64,000 bases of DNA from Schizochytrium sp. TIO01 (GCA_004764695.1 SMSO01000006.1:1317859-1381858), one strand, 5' to 3'. Positions 1 through 15,613 are shown, numbered from the stretch's first letter. The notes: generated from the letters alone by a model not told the origin. Numbers and translations: made by a program.

Positions 1-1021
1 AAATCTCCCCTCATTAATTCGAAACAGCTTGTCGAATTAGTTTATTCCTTGCCATAACTACTCACAATTTCATATACGAATTCGTTGTACATTGCAAGGT
101 ATGCAAAGTTGAATCTTTTCATCGTGGGCATGTGAACGCATGGCAGCGAACAAGAATAGTCTTGTTGCTGTGTATTTCCAAAAGATATGTCTGTACTCTT
201 GTGACTTCGAATCAGAGTATTCATTTACTCTTCTACTTTACACCAGTAATCAGGAATGGGTTCGCGGAATAAACAAAGCAACGAAACGCACAAGGCTTCA
301 TTCAATGGTTGTGGCATAAAGTGGAAATTTCAACTGCTAACGCCTTATTGTTGATTCATGTGAAAAGCATCTCCTCCATGGTTCTCATTTACCGCTGTGA
401 GACCAAACTTCGAGAATTCCAGCTTCGTTATCCCTCCAGCTTCTCTACACAATTAGTCAGAAACCGTTTGACATACCAAATTAAATCGCCTCAGACGCCC
501 CGAGTCATGATTTGTGAGTGACCCATCCACGCATGTATCATGACCTCCTCTCTGTGACTAAGAAACCCCCTTCTCGCAGGCCCTTTCAAGTTGCCTCTTA
601 TTTATAGGGACAGGTCGGGTCAGTCATTCGTCCTGCAGATTGCCGTTCCAGAGGCCATCAGAAGCATCTGAGAACAGAACACCTTACTCAGTTTGCCTCT
701 TAGTACTCATTAACAGGTGCCAAGGCATTCATAAACGCTTATACCACGAGATTGCTTTTTACTCGGGACTGCAAGAACTTTTTTCACATTGAAAGGTTGG
801 GCCGGTGGGCAGAGTCTGTGTCATGAGAGGAAGAGCCGTGCTGTCTCAGGCGTCCTCAGTTCCCTGGTTAGCTTTTGCAGATGGTAGCAGTATAAGTAGT
901 CAGTAGTCTTTCGATTCATTGCCTGCGGGTTTAGCTGTTTCGACTGCTTTGGTCCTTTACTTGTTCATTTACGTATTACTATATTTTAATAGAAACATGA
1001 GTATGAATCATTTTTTATTTT

Positions 1022-1107
1022 AATAAAATAGAATAAAATAGAATAAAATAGAATAAAATAGAATAAAATAGAATAAAATAGAATAAAATAGAATAAAATA
1101 GAATAAA
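1022..1107. repeat. (AATAAAATAG)n tandem repeat
   Basis: Decamer repeated about 8 times, seen directly. Confidence 0.95.
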
Positions 1108-4100
1108 ACTATTTATACATTTTTTGAGGTACTGTGCTGAGGAAGCTCTGGCGTTTGATGAACTGCTCGCTTCCTGGCACTTCCTTGAGGAGCTCATGCC
1201 GAGGGTTGAAACCCTTTCTAAACATCGAGGTATATATATAATCATTCATGCGGACACATAGAGTCCGTTATCTGGGCCAGCTTGCTACTGACACCGGCGC
1301 AGGCAAACTTTGAAGGTTCAGGTGCGACATTTTAGCGCAAGGTATCCATCCCGCGGTTCCTTTTGTTTGTTTTGACTCTTTTTCGTTGATTAATCTTTTC
1401 AATTATACTAAAAACCCATTCCTTCTGCAGATCAATACCTTAGTAATCAGCAGATGAAGCCTATAATAGTATATATATATTATTAAAAAAAGAAAAGAAA
1501 TAAATGCACATTGTTAATGATTTTTAATGAAACATAAATACAAAGCTGAAATTAGCCATTCGTTCTTCGCATCGATTTAGAGGCCTCGGATTATACAATT
1601 AAGCCAATTAAACCATCTCTTTCTTTGATTAAATCGATGATAGCGTCGCCTTCGTGTTTGTCTTCGTCTTCGTTGCGGAGGCCTTTTGCCACCTCTGCGC
1701 TGGTTCTCTGCTCTGGTTCGGAAAAGTAAGAGTTCGCAGCTTTTGGATTCACAGCATCGATGCATGAAAGAATGAATGGATGAATGAATGGATGAATGGA
1801 TGGATCGATGGGTGTGTGGTCAGTATCAGGGTTCCCCATGAATAAAAGCGACGCCAAATTAGAGAGGGTCGATCTCCAGGTTCTCTTCTTGGGCGACGAC
1901 GGGATACCCGAGCGTTGCATCCGATTGGCACAAGAAGAACCCAGAGAGGGACAGTGCCGCGGCTGAAGTCGATGTCCACGATTGGTTGATCGGTTGGAGT
2001 GCTCGACGTTTGATTCAACAACTCGTTTGTGGTGCAGGACTTCTTGTATTCATATCCTCGTCGAGGTCGCTGCACAGAGTTTCTCGTTCTTGCAGCACTT
2101 GCAATCCGCGACGCAGCTTTGGAGAGCTGCAAAAGGTGTTGCACGGGTGGAGAGGCGAGGCGAGGCGAGGCGAGGCAAGGCAAGCCAATCCATCCCTGCT
2201 TTGCCCAGATCCGAGCGACGAGGCTATGCTCCACTTCTTGAACGATGCCGTGCGTCAAGGTTCGGTACCTTCATAGCGCCAGGATCGAAGCCGGGATCGA
2301 AGCCGGGATCTGTAGGGAACGCCTGCCCGAGTTCTCGCAGCTGACAAGCGCGGTGATCTTCGAACGCGCTCAAGGATGAATCAATCAATCAACTGATCCA
2401 CCGATCGGTCGACGAGTTGGTAAGTCGAGGCGCTGGGACCTGGCAGCGCCGGATACGCGCTCGAAGAAGGCCTTCCCTTCGAAGGCAGCGAGCTCGAGAC
2501 TTTAGTGAGACGATTGACTGAGCGACTGCCACATGCATGCAGCTACAAGCACTGGCCTCGTGCAGAGGCAGTCTCACTCACTCACGTACATACGTGCGTA
2601 GGTGCCTGCGTAGCACTTAAGTCTATCGTTTCGCTCCCGCGAAGGTTAGCGACATTTCTTTCTCGAAGTTGGCTCTGTGGGCGGTGTTACACACGAAGGG
2701 TCTACTTCAACATGTGCTGGTTCTTGAACTTCTTCCCTCATCTACAACAACTGCGAAATGAAGAAGCTAAGGCTCTCCTGTATTGGCAATGGCGGCGATC
2801 TTCGCTTCGCGATGCGCGAAGAGCTCCGACCTTCCTGCAGAAGGCAAGCAAGCTTTCAAGGAGGCCCTTGCGTCGAACCAAAACGAGGGTCTCCGCCTCC
2901 GTTCTTCGATCGAACGGAGCGCATCGATGAGTGCGCTGAGCGATACTTCTCTGTTGTTGTTTTGGTCTGGCGAGCTTGCTGCACTGACTTCGTTCGCGAT
3001 TGAAGCATGGAGCAGGCTTCTTCCTCTCTTGGCTCGGCCAGGCAGGCCATGCGTGCCTCAGGAACGTGCGGAGCCTAGCTAGCTAGAGCGGGTGCGACTT
3101 GGGCTCAAGCAATTAGCTGGATGACGATGATGGAGCATGAGATAACTTATGACTCAGTTCGGCGAAATGAGTGGGGGTGAGACGCCTGAACGCAAGATTG
3201 CTGAGGCTGCTTAAGCTAAATAAATCATCAAACGGATGAACAAGCAAACGAGCAGAACCTGAATGCGGGCAGTATAAATGCAGCAGGAGTATAAAACCCA
3301 ATCTTCGTTTGTTTGAAGAACAATAAATCATGGTGAACGATGAAAGCTAATTGAACAAGAACATGAAAAGCCTTTCTTTCTTTTCTTTGTTTCTACATTT
3401 ATTTGTCGACCAAATCTATTTGTGAATTTAAAAGAGTAACTTGAAAATAATTGGCCACTCTCTTTCACCGCAACATACATACGCATAGTCCTTAAAATAC
3501 GAAACGAAAATAGAAAGAAGAGTTTTTTAATTTTTAAAAAAATAGATGTTTTTTTTTTTTTTTAATAATTAATTTATAAATAATTTTAAAAAGTAGAAGA
3601 CTGTGCCGTTGAAACCTGAGACAAGCGCCAAGATTTCGCGGCGTGGCACTTGCTTTACTGGCTTGCCCTACATAGCTCCCTACATCAGAGCTATTGAAGA
3701 GGAAATGAAAGAACTTAGGACCTGTAGCTTTAGTATGTAGGCACGCATCAAAAGACAGCGTTTCTGCAATCAGCAATGATTTTTTTATTCTTTCCCTGAA
3801 GGTGCCGATGTTAGAAAGCAACTTCTGTTCGAGAGAGTGCAACTCTGTAGGTACGTACACCAATGAACTAACCGGTCGATCGATCACGAGAGAGGGCTCT
3901 TGGGACGGCCAATCTCGTCCAATCGCAATTACATTAATGACCACCTCATGCGTTAACTCTGCGCAGAGGTCACTCAGACGGACAAGTCGTAGCTCAGGCA
4001 CAGCCGTGGCGAAAGAAAGAGAAAAAGAGAGAGAAAAAAGAGAGAAAAAAAGAATAAACGAATGAAAGAATCTCTTATTATATATTTTTTGCAAAGCGCG

Positions 4101-4551
4101 CGATAGTTACCCAACAATTAGTAGACAGCTTCTGCCAGCTCCAGGACAGCTCGACAGCTAGGACGCCCAACCTCCGAGCACGAGCCGGAGGCCAGGGGAA
4201 CTCCGAGGAGGCTCCGAGCGATGGACGCAGCGGTGCTGTTTGCTACGCCGCCATGGGCACCGGCATTCATTCTCTGGCTGTCTGGCTGCCTGGCTGACCG
4301 GAGGCAGAGAAAGTATAGTAAGCCTGGAATGAAGTGGCTTTTTCCTTTTTCCTTCCTCTTCTTCTTCTTCTTCTTCTTCTTCTTTAAAAATTGTTTTCAA
4401 GTGCATAAATGTATATAAATTAGAAAGGGAGGAAAAGCGATTTCATTCCTCTGGATAAATTAATTAATCGGGAGCGGAAAGAGAAAAGAGAATGAATTAA
4501 AAAGAAAAGAAAGAAAGAAACCACCAGTTTAACTTAATTGCCAATTTTAAT

Positions 4552-4779
<228 letters not shown>

Positions 4780-7700
4780 AAGGTTGTCTTATTTGAAAGT
4801 GAAGCTTGTTTATGTTTAGGTCTGACTCTCGCAGAGCCCTCTTCCTGTTCCTCTCTGAAAGGAAACGAGGTACCCCATATTGGTACGTAGGTATGGATGA
4901 CCTCGTCTTATTTGATCTTAAGATTGTTTTAATATAAAAATGAAGGTGATCTATCGATATTTGTTCATGACTTTATCATCCGGGCCCATGAAAATAAAAA
5001 GTATGACAGATCATTGAGCGCTTCAACTTTCCCCGTTTTTGTACAGATCTCATGCTGATTGAAGCAGAAGTCATCTTAGTACCTCTAGTAGTAGGTAGCG
5101 CGAGAGAAGAGTTCCCAAGCCTGGAGCCATTGTCTCTGTACTTTCCAAGTAGAACGAATGCAGGGAAAACCAGTAAGAAAGTCGCTTTTAATGATTGAAA
5201 TTTCTACTGGTTTTCTACAATCATGATGGTCAAACCGACCAAGCTTCTCGAATCTAAAAGTACAAACGAAACCACGAATCAACGGCATCCATGCACAGAA
5301 TTCGAGGAGTAGGCAACACAGCTAGCTTTACAAAGCGTTCATGCAAGAACCTCTGAACACTTGGCGGAGCTGTCACCGCCAACGTTGCTACAGATCTGAG
5401 TCCTACACTCTTTCACGTTGTTCGATACGTGAGGCCTGGCGAGGAGGCTGCTGTTGTCATGCTATCTCGCTTATCAATGTCTAGGGCTGCGGTTGACCAC
5501 TTAAACACACCATCTGCTTCTTCTTCTTCTTCTTCTTCTCTCTACTTGGCTTCAAGCCCTTTGATGAAGCATATACGTAGAAATAACTTGGCTGACGACG
5601 GCGCTCGACTGAAGCCATGGAAAGCCCAGCAAGCATGCAGCAGCAGTACCCACGGACTTCTTTCGAAGACTAAAGATCTACGGTGTCTTCTTCGCTGTGT
5701 ACGTAGAAATTAATCTTCAGCCGCTGCCCAGATGGCCATCTGCCCTGCAAACGACCCGAAGGATACTCAACAGCTCCAAAATCACCTCCAAGAGACGCAC
5801 CGCCGACGAGCAGCATAAGCAGGGTTCAAGCATTTGATCAATCTCACCTGCACACTCAACGCGGTCGATCCTGGCTCTGCAGGCTTGCTTTGCTTTGCTT
5901 TGCTTTGCCTGCACGAAGTCGCGGAGTATGTCTTTCCTTGCAGGCTGACACGAATGCTCTGTGGAGATCCCAGCTCTGTCTAAAAGCTCACGAAGTCCGT
6001 CCTCATCGGAGGGAACACCAAGCCAAGCCAAGCCATGCTGTGCATTCGCGGCAGAGCGGGTCTCGATCGAACGGTTGCTTCAGGCGGAAGCCTGTGGCAA
6101 GTGGTCTCGTTCTTGACGTCGAGCGAGCGACGAAAACTCGAGCGGATCAACGCGTAGCAGGTACCGTGAGCCACATTTATGACTTGGCTGTGCCAAACTT
6201 CGTGTGACCTGATCGTCTGCACCGTCTAACAGCCCCTCCGACTGTCTTGTGAAGTGCTTGGGAAGGCCTGCGGGATCCCGAGGGCAGCCGCAGCGGTATC
6301 TCGCGCAAGCAGGCCATGGGTCTGGTCGGTACCACTGTAGTCCCGAAGTCACTCCGTCAATCGATCGATTCGTTAACTTCGTTAACTTTGTTAACTTGTA
6401 CATTCTTTCTATTCTCACAGAGGCGAAAAGAGAGGGAAACGAAAGAGAGGCTTCAAATAAATATATATATATTTATATATATATTTATATATACATTTAT
6501 ATATACAGCATTGGGAAATGTGATCTAAAGAGTGGAATTTCTTTTCTTGGTACCAATGATAAACGAAAGAAATGAATGCACGTATGACTGGTTCATTCAG
6601 CTACCTGCGCGGCTCTTGAGTCTGCTTTGGCTGCCGCCGGCGCTGTTAACGCCGGTGGTGCCTATGCTTGTGCATACGCTGCCGAGAGCTAATCCTTTCT
6701 TCTGGAGAATTCGCGCAGTCAGTCAGTCAGTCAGTCCTCAAGCGCAATGCACGCACTCGATTCTTCTTTCATGTCTTTCCCGCTTCCTTTTAATTTTTAA
6801 TTTTAATGTCAAAATAAAAGTCTCTCTTTCTCCCTATCAATCATAACAGTGGTACTACTACTTTCCAGCACTCCTTGTAACACTGCGTATAGGTAGATCT
6901 CTAAGAGGGATGCTCCTACTTATTGCTGCCTGCAATAAAGAACACTGCAAGTGCCGAAAGGGCGGTTACTGGAGACAGAGAAAGCTGGAACGAATATCAG
7001 AAGGGTTTACAGAGTGGCTAATTCTGGATATTACAGAAATCAAGGCAAACCTGAGATCATGAACTGGAGCATCTACGAAATCTACAAAGACGTGAGGATG
7101 AGTGAAAGCGACGCTGCGCAGCAAAATGATACACCACCAAAGCAGTGCTGCCTCGGCTGGCACGGTGCGAAGTGCGCAAGAGTGAATGCTCAACGCTCAG
7201 TGCACGAGCCTGATTCGTTGATGATTAATTGTGAACATAGCTAGCGAGGTACGAGATTACCATGCCTAGTGCAAGACTATTGGAGTGGATTGGTCAATGC
7301 CCAAGTTTAGCTTTTTAGCTGGCGAAAATGCGTCTGTGTGACAATGATCTCACGCTCAACTATTCCACGTTTTCTCATAGATCAAGGCAAACGTGCATTT
7401 CGCGGGGCAGCAAGATTAAGGACCTGTATGTATGTTAGACGGTAATAATTTGCAATTTGAGAGTACGAGTGTTGGTATCAGTTGAACTTTGTAGAGCTAT
7501 TTGCAGAAAGGGACTCTCAGTGAGCCCTGTCTTGATTATGGTTGCAAGGCGCAGCTGCTGCGCAGGAGAGAATCTGCGTTTATTCAATCAAGTGGCGGCG
7601 AAATGCTACAAGAGAAGAAGAAGCCAGGCAGATGAAGAAGATTGAAGCCTGCTTGCTGCCCACCTCCACCGTATACAATAAATGCAATTCTAGATTGTTA

Positions 7701-8929
7701 AATAATCTTTCACAGTTTGTTTGTAGGCTCCTATTCTCGAGAAAAATGCCAGGTGGAGAATACAAGACGATGGAAGAGAAGTTGACATTTCGAAGTTGAA
7801 AAATATGTGGTGATTGATTGATTAACTGTAACTGATCGATTAAATGTAACTGAGAGGCTTCACGCTGTTCAATGCAATAATCTCCTCTCTGGCGAGAACC
7901 AAAGAGTCCAAGTGTTTACGAATCGAACAAGAACAAAAGTACAGTTCCGGCCCACCTCAATGTAATAATGTCATGTCCTGCAAACTTTGAAAGATCTGAC
8001 GAAAAACATCATTTGCGCCAGGCCCTTCCTTGCCCCAATCAACCAACTTTTTTCAATTTCTTGTTGCACCCTGAGGTGCCTATTACGCGGTATCTAGTAG
8101 TCTTAGTATCCACAAACAAATAAGTGTAGCCGCCTCCTTTATTTTTTGAGTTTTTACCATAAGCAAAACGTAGACGTGGGTAGAATAGACGGGCATAAAC
8201 TCAACAAAAAAAATTAGTATTACCCCTACCGAGTCGGTAAGACTCTTTAGTACGGTTGTATTCTTCACATGCTCTATGTGCGGGTATAATTTTATTTTCT
8301 ATGTTTTCAATTAAAATTAATCATTCCTGAAATTGTTTTAAAAGAAAAGAAATCGTTTTATTTACTTTCAATGAAAAGAAAGAGTATTATTTAAAATAAA
8401 ATAAAAGGAAAAGGAAAAGATAAAATAAAAAGGACCAAAGTAACAGAATTGTGACATGTCTTCCATAATCTGGTAAAAAATGGTCGGCAGAGCAAACAGT
8501 CATTCACTCACTCCACTCATCGATGATGTTGGAATGAGGCTCTGCAACGCTCTTTGAAACTCTTAGCACATTTACTGCCGCTGCTTTAACATGGATGATG
8601 AGTGGCAAGCCGACCTATTTTGGCACCGATGCAATGTGAAAGAAAAGATGAGAGTTGGTTTCTTCGTGCGCTTGAATTCTCCTGAGATAGGCTTTTGTGC
8701 GATGACGAAAACGTGTGAAGGTTGAAAACCTTTTCACTTGCAGCAAGTAGCCTTCCTCCTTCTTGATTGAGGCAAAAGATCAATCAAAGAGACTCTTCAT
8801 ATCGACCAAGACAGGTCACAGGACGACGGGTTGAGGGAAGAAGCAAGTCGAGCCTACTCGCTGCTAGTTATTTGAGCTCTCTTTGATTCACTCACTCATT
8901 CTTGGAAACATGTGTATTTCCTTTTGCTC

Positions 8930-8992
8930 TTTTGTTTGTTTATTTATTTGTTTGTTTATTTGTTTGTTTATTTGTTTGTTTATTTGTTTGTT
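8930..8992. repeat. TTTG/TTTA compound microsatellite
   Basis: Seen directly. Confidence 0.9.
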
Positions 8993-9460
8993 TTCTTGTT
9001 TCTTCATTGCTTTCACTTTGTTGCTTTATTGCTTTCACTTTGTTGCTTTATTGCTTTCACTTGCACGAGCAGTGCTAGTGTAAGTAGTATCATAATTGTC
9101 ATTCGATTTTAAAAGTTTTTGATCACTTTAATTAAAAGTTTTATATAAGGATGTAACAAACGAACGATTAAAATGATAGGAGGTACCATCGCATTACCAT
9201 GTTGAAGAAGTCGGTAGGTAGGTACAATGTTGCGTCGCCTGACTCATTCAACGGCGGACCCAGAGAAGGAAATATATAGGCACTACGTATTCGTGCTTGG
9301 TCCTTGAGTTTACATTTAATTATTTCGCAATGGAGCACTCACTGTTGGGCGCTTCGAAGTCGTTTCAAGAAGGCCAAAACAAAGCTTTACTCTTGCCATA
9401 TATGCTACAGAACTCCACTCCGAGTCCCCAAAACGTAACCAGTGATATATAACCAGTGAT

Positions 9461-9659
<199 letters not shown>

Positions 9660-11086
9660 CTTAGCCAGCAGCTGCAGAACACCGCTGCCAAAACGCAGTA
9701 CTGTGGCAACGATCATGGCATTCGTCCATTCGTTCAGTCTCCGTCACGAATGAGCCAGCGGTGAAAGGCAGCTTGAGATTTCGCTTTACCCATGGCAGCA
9801 GAGGCGACTCGGCTCACCCCGAAACGACTCAGAGCGGTATGTGCTGTACTGCAATACATACACATACACGCACACGTTCTAAGTGACACAGTGTGTCCAT
9901 CCATGTAAAGTAGTCGAGGCTTCTTCGTTTCATCTACCAACTCTTCTGTGCTTACGTATCGCAGGTCTGTGGAGCACCTGTGATCACGAAACTCGCTCTT
10001 CAAATGGACTCGTGCAGATTCGCGCCTCCAAGGCCAGCCAGTCAATCGAATTTGGCGTCGTTGGTCATAGACGTTGGCTAAAACCCTTCCAACGTCGAGG
10101 TTGCTGACCCTCACGGTGATGGCTCTTTCGCGGCGCAAGTGAGGAAGTATAAACTAAGTTCGTACTGCGACCAGAGCTCTCGTTGAGTTGAGCTGTGCCC
10201 ATTAGTACACGATCAATGGGCCATCGTGAGACTGATTGATTGCTTCTTCTGCTTGGACGCAGCAGCGGCTCTCGAAATTGCTTTGGACACGGACAAGGGC
10301 GGCATCGACGACGCGTTGACGATAAGGATGTGTTCGATACCGCAAGCCGAGAAGAAGCGCTGCGAGGGTCTCAGGAAGAGACCTGCGTCCGAGTAAGCAA
10401 GCCCTGGCCTGGTGGCTTGACTTACTTACTTCTTCTTCAAGTTTGGACCAAGCCGGTTTCGCCTCGCCTTCAAAGACGATCGCCGTGAACTTCAGGGAGG
10501 AAGCCAATTAATTCTCTCTTTTGAGAACTTGTTGAGTTGGATGTCCAAGCCTCTACTTGGCCACTTCGCTCTCAGATCAGCTGCTCGTGCTCGAAGATCG
10601 ATTGCAAGTGACGGCGCAATGCGATTGGCTGAGTTTGCAGCTGCTGATTGGCTAATGCATTGCCAGCGCTCCGAAAGAACACGTGCCGAGAGCACTCCTT
10701 CATCTATTCGAAGACACACACACTCGCAGGAGCGTGAATCAGGTTGACAAACGATATCGAATGCACAAACGCACGCAAGCATGCGCTACGAAAAGCTTTT
10801 CAGACCTCGGTTCGCATAACCGGCATCTTCTTCGTCCAGAAGAGCCATGTCAATGACGTCGTCCTCAGTCGGGAGGTAGCAGACTTCGAGCGCTGGGACT
10901 TGGGCAATAGCTTTGCTTTTCTCAGCCCTGTGCTAATAAGGTAGAGACGCGAGGTAAACCATGAGGTAGGAAATGAGACGAGACTTCGCATCTCCTACGA
11001 CACAATCAATCAATCAATCAATCAGCACATCAATCAATACATACATCAGAAAACCAACTCGAGTCAGCTGTTTCGATCATGCCAGG

Positions 11087-11123
11087 TGTATGTATGTATG
11101 TATGTATGTATGTATGTATGTAT
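11087..11123. repeat. (GTAT)n microsatellite
   Basis: Seen directly. Confidence 0.9.
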
Positions 11124-12602
11124 TTATTTATGGGTTTAACAGTCGCTGTCGCAGAGGCGGATGAATTCAGATGGTGGTGGCTGGTTCGTGAAGGGCCTTC
11201 CTGGCTTTTTCATGTTCTTTTAGCTATTCTTGATCTTTCTGTACTACTCTCTGTTCGTGTTTTTCCACTACTTCGTTCTTAATGAAATATCACATAATGA
11301 GTTTGCTTGCTATCCGCTTTTAATTAAGTTTTAGTTTAGTAAAAATCAAAGCGCTCGAGCACTGTTCCTCCCTTTCTTTCTGTTTTGTCGTCTCGCTGTT
11401 TTTCTTCGGTATTGTTTCGGTTTGGCGTGAGGAGAAAATTCAAAGAAAGCGGGCTTTCCAGAGAAGATGAGCACCCTCCCTTGCTCAATTTGATGATTTT
11501 ATAAGGTTTAGAAATATATACATATGTATGTTTGTTTTTGACTCAAAATTGCCGCGTTTGAGTTATTATGGAAGACGAAAACGTTGACTTCTTCGTTAAG
11601 AAAATATATATGGCAATGTGCCAGGTCATCCACGCTTCCTTTGAATTCCCTTTATAGCTCATTGGTATTGACATAATGGCATGTGCTATCCCAGTGTAGA
11701 GCAACTGCAGCTTGGTTGAGACTAGGTTCACTCTTCGAATTCTCACGATGGCGGTTTATTAGCAATCAGTATTGCTTCTTTGCTAAAAATGATTTTTTGT
11801 TTTTTTGTTTAACATATTGCACCAAAGTCACTATTTATAAAGTTTAATTTGAATTAAAAATAAATATTATTTGAAATTGAAAACATTAATTACTAGATGG
11901 GAAAGAAGGCCTCGCCATTTTCAATATTTAAAAGAAACAGTAATTAATAAGTTTGGTATACTTTAAAGAATCAGTGAAAGTGAGAAGAGTGTGGTAACAC
12001 TGTACAAATCCGACGGATAAAAAATGTTTTCGGATAAACATGTCGAATTTCTCCTTTTCTTTCAATTTTATCCTGTTTTTGAAATAAAAATAAAAATTAC
12101 CAACCCAAGTTCATTGTGGGATTTATTTAACTAGGTTTGCTGAGGTTTACCATGGCATTTTTCGTGAGAATGCAACAAATCTGTCCATCGAAGTGGCATG
12201 TAAGACTGCTGCTCTTCTGATGTCTCCAGCAGATATGTTTTTTTGAACTCGCCTTTGCTGCTGCGTTTGCGCTCGTGTTTCAATCTTAATTAGCATGGGT
12301 CAATTTATCGGAGCTATCACAGAAGCAAAAGCAGAAAACCCAGAAAAAGCCAAAAAGTAGGGTCAGCAATAGATGTTGCTATTTTATAAAGACTTCGAAT
12401 TCTCCATCAATTTATCAATGGCGTTGCTTTATAAGTATTATGAGGCCGTATTCAACATAGAAGTTGCAGACGACATTTGCGCAGCAGCATTCGTACACCA
12501 CCCCCCTCACCCCCCCTGGAGCTCCTCTTTCTTGGTGTCGCATTTTCTTTTACTTATCTTCTATGCGTTTGTTTTCACCCGCCGTTGGGAATTTGATGCA
12601 AC

Positions 12603-13052
12603 ATGCCCACCAATGTTGAGCGTTATATGCAAAAAGAGATCCTTCAGCTTGTGAGTTGGGTGTTCGTGTTTCATGTTGATGGGTGTTTGTCAGCCAGAGA
12701 TTTGGACAATTTGATTCCATACAAAAAACAAGACAAAATAGGATCTCCTGATCCCTACGAAGGCACCATTTGGTTTCCTCAATGAACCGAAAGTATTCTG
12801 ACCAAACGGCTGTCCAGGTTTTTGATGAAGTCAATGAGTCTCTGCTTTTTTAAGTGCCACATCATAATAAGAAGAGTATACCAAACGAACAATACTTCGC
12901 CATCCTTTACATGGAATTTTGATTTTATAGAATATCACGGTACCTACCAAGGTATCGTCATATCTTGCTCGCTTATCCTCTTTGAGGTGAACTGTAACTC
13001 TACAAATTGTTTCCAATGCTTCTACTGTATTTTAAGTCTGCCGAAAGTATGA
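12603..13052 (+). pseudogene. Possible C2-domain gene relic
   Basis: Two same-frame ORFs separated by TGA at 12783-12785 give SARDLDNL..KIGSPDPY and TNNTSPSFTWNFDF, resembling the C2-domain motifs (ARNL..D..G.SDPY, N.NP.WN..F). Confidence 0.35.
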
Positions 13053-15613
13053 TAATAGTAAGTTGGTGGGGGTATTGAAGTTTGCGCATTACTGATATTA
13101 GTTGACGTGCGTGTTGAGATATAGAAATGACATTGTACTAAGTGGCCAGAGGTTTCGTGCACGTTGCTGTTTGTGATTAATAAACCAATGAAGCATATTT
13201 GTGAGAAAACTCAAGCATCAACTTATTTTTATTAAGTACAGACATAAGTAAACATTTTTATTTTTATTAATAAATTTAAAAGCTTCCAGTTTCAAGTGCT
13301 AAGAAAGTAATGGTCTGTGCTATATATTTTGAGGTACTGTGTTCCCCCTTCTTCAGTTATGTGTGCCATTTTTTCCTTCATTGACACTTCGCAGTCGTGT
13401 TACTTCGAGATCTTTTCAATTTCCCCTAAACTTTTGTAAGATGATTATTTACAATTTTGGCACCTTTCATCAGTCAATCATATATTCAGATACGATTTTT
13501 GAAACGCTTTTATTTTTATTTATTTTTATTAACAACTAAGCATGAAAGAAAAAGGTCGTATTTTTAGGTTTGCTATGAACTCCGAGTCTTTTGTTGAAAA
13601 TAGAAATCAATTGCTGCCACTCGAGATACCAATAAAACTGGTCAGCGAGCCAAACCATCTATGTTATCCCAAACCAGCAACACATCATGATGATCTATTT
13701 ACTCTAGTATTTTTACTTCAAACATCTTTCACAATACACACTACAAACTTACACTATGACCTACTTTCAATTTTAAAAGTTTCTCATCCTTCTTCCTTCC
13801 TTCCTCACTTCCTTTTTTGCTCAATCCCTTTTCTTTTCTCAAAAAAGGTTTTTATATCGATTCATCTTGATTCTTCCGAACAAAAGCTGTTTATTTCTTC
13901 CTTCCCAGGCTAATCTGTCCCTCCGTCTTTGCTCTCCGCAAAAGAGCTGAATGCAATATCGACATGAGCTCACCTCATTGGCAAAGGTAGTGCTCATCAT
14001 CAGCGACCCCGCAGCCTTGTTCGAATTCCCTTGCGAATCGATGAATAGCTGTGCCCAGTCAGCTCTTTTCTCAAACAGTTATTTTTAGATGAAACCGGAA
14101 GGTCTGTTTTCTCTTTTCTTTTCTTTTCTTTTCTTTTTCTCTAATAGATTATTGTCGCTACATAAATAGAAATTTTATTTTTATTTTATTTTTTTCTAAA
14201 TCACGAATTAGGGACTGGCGAGGAACACCAGGTGATCGGCGACTGCACTGAAGCTCCGAATTTGTGTACGTAAGCAATTTGACATGGAACCTAAATTGAA
14301 AACTATGCAAATGTACTCAGCCTCAAGGAACACCGCCTTCATTTCGGGCAACATTCGATGACAGCAAATGTCACCCGACGCTTGAATCCCTACTAACCAC
14401 CGACTCACTACAAAAATAAATAAATAGATTTAAATTATACAACATTAATTAGTAGTAGTAGTAATATTTTTAGTATTTTAGTATTAATCAGCATAATTTA
14501 TGCTTTTGTTTAGATATATAAATATTTTCATTTATTTTATAAATAAATATTTATCTGTAAAAGTAAAATTCAAAAAGTAAATTCGACCTTTGACGAACTG
14601 AAAACCCATTCCGAAGGAAGAACGAACTCCCGTTGAATGAATTTTCACTCTCCCTTTGTAAGCGACGAGGCAACCATGAATAACGAAAAACAGTCTACTC
14701 TGGTATTTTAAAACAACACAAAAAACTGAACCGACCCGAAAGAAGTGATCCTATTCCCTCTTCGGCCTCTCCTTCGCCGCCGATTTTTCCCTCTAGCTTC
14801 ATAAACTCAAAGTACCACTTTGTTTGAATTAACCTCTGTGTCTTTCCAAAGAGTTGAGACCTCCTATTTGCAACACACACACAAATGCTTTGAAAGAAAT
14901 TTTCGAAGTCGACTATTGAAGAACCAACAATTATTGATTATTCAATTTATGGTTCATCATAGAATCACTACTATCATCACCAAAATCATTATTATTATCA
15001 TTCTTTTATTTTATCTATTGCATAAGGACTAACCATACGCCATTTGAAAACAATGTTGAAAACATACATGAATAGAGTTTTAAATAAAATTTTAAAATAA
15101 AATTTTAAAATAAGGAAATCATCGTCATTCATTCAATCAATCGACCGATCGATCGATCGATCAATCAATCACATAATCAAAAACAAGCAGGCCTCCAGCG
15201 AGCGAGCGGAGGCGAGCAGACCACGAAGAAGGAGCGGCGGTGAGGGAGCGGCAGCGGAAGCCTGCGCGAGCCCTTGACCGCGTGCCGGCGGAGCTAGGCC
15301 CAAGCAGCTGGGCGTGAAGTGGCGGTGCCTGGCGGACGATCAGACTGAGAAGCCGTCGATTGCTAACTAACTCACTCAGGCCTGTGAAGGAGGCTTCCGC
15401 CGTTCATCGCATCCGCACTCATCGCTCGTGTTGCATCACTCGTTGACAGAGGCAGTCGTGGTGGCGAGCCTCGAGCGTGTGCGGAGCGAAAGACTGTCGG
15501 AGAACCAATCCTTGCACTCAGTCGGCACGCTGCACGGCTCGAGCCGTGTCGAGAGACGAGCTGCGCTAATTGGCTAACCTGCGTTGATTGGAGTTGTTCT
15601 TCTCCTCTTCGCG

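Noticed and set aside
6951-7244. ORF with LGWHGAK, superficially like a PARP catalytic His motif
   Set aside because: A single short motif with no downstream Y/E motifs; insufficient support
14015-14032. GTTCGAATTCC box-B-like motif (also GGTTCGAATC at ~22624)
   Set aside because: No cloverleaf, acceptor stem or box A could be built; not called as tRNA
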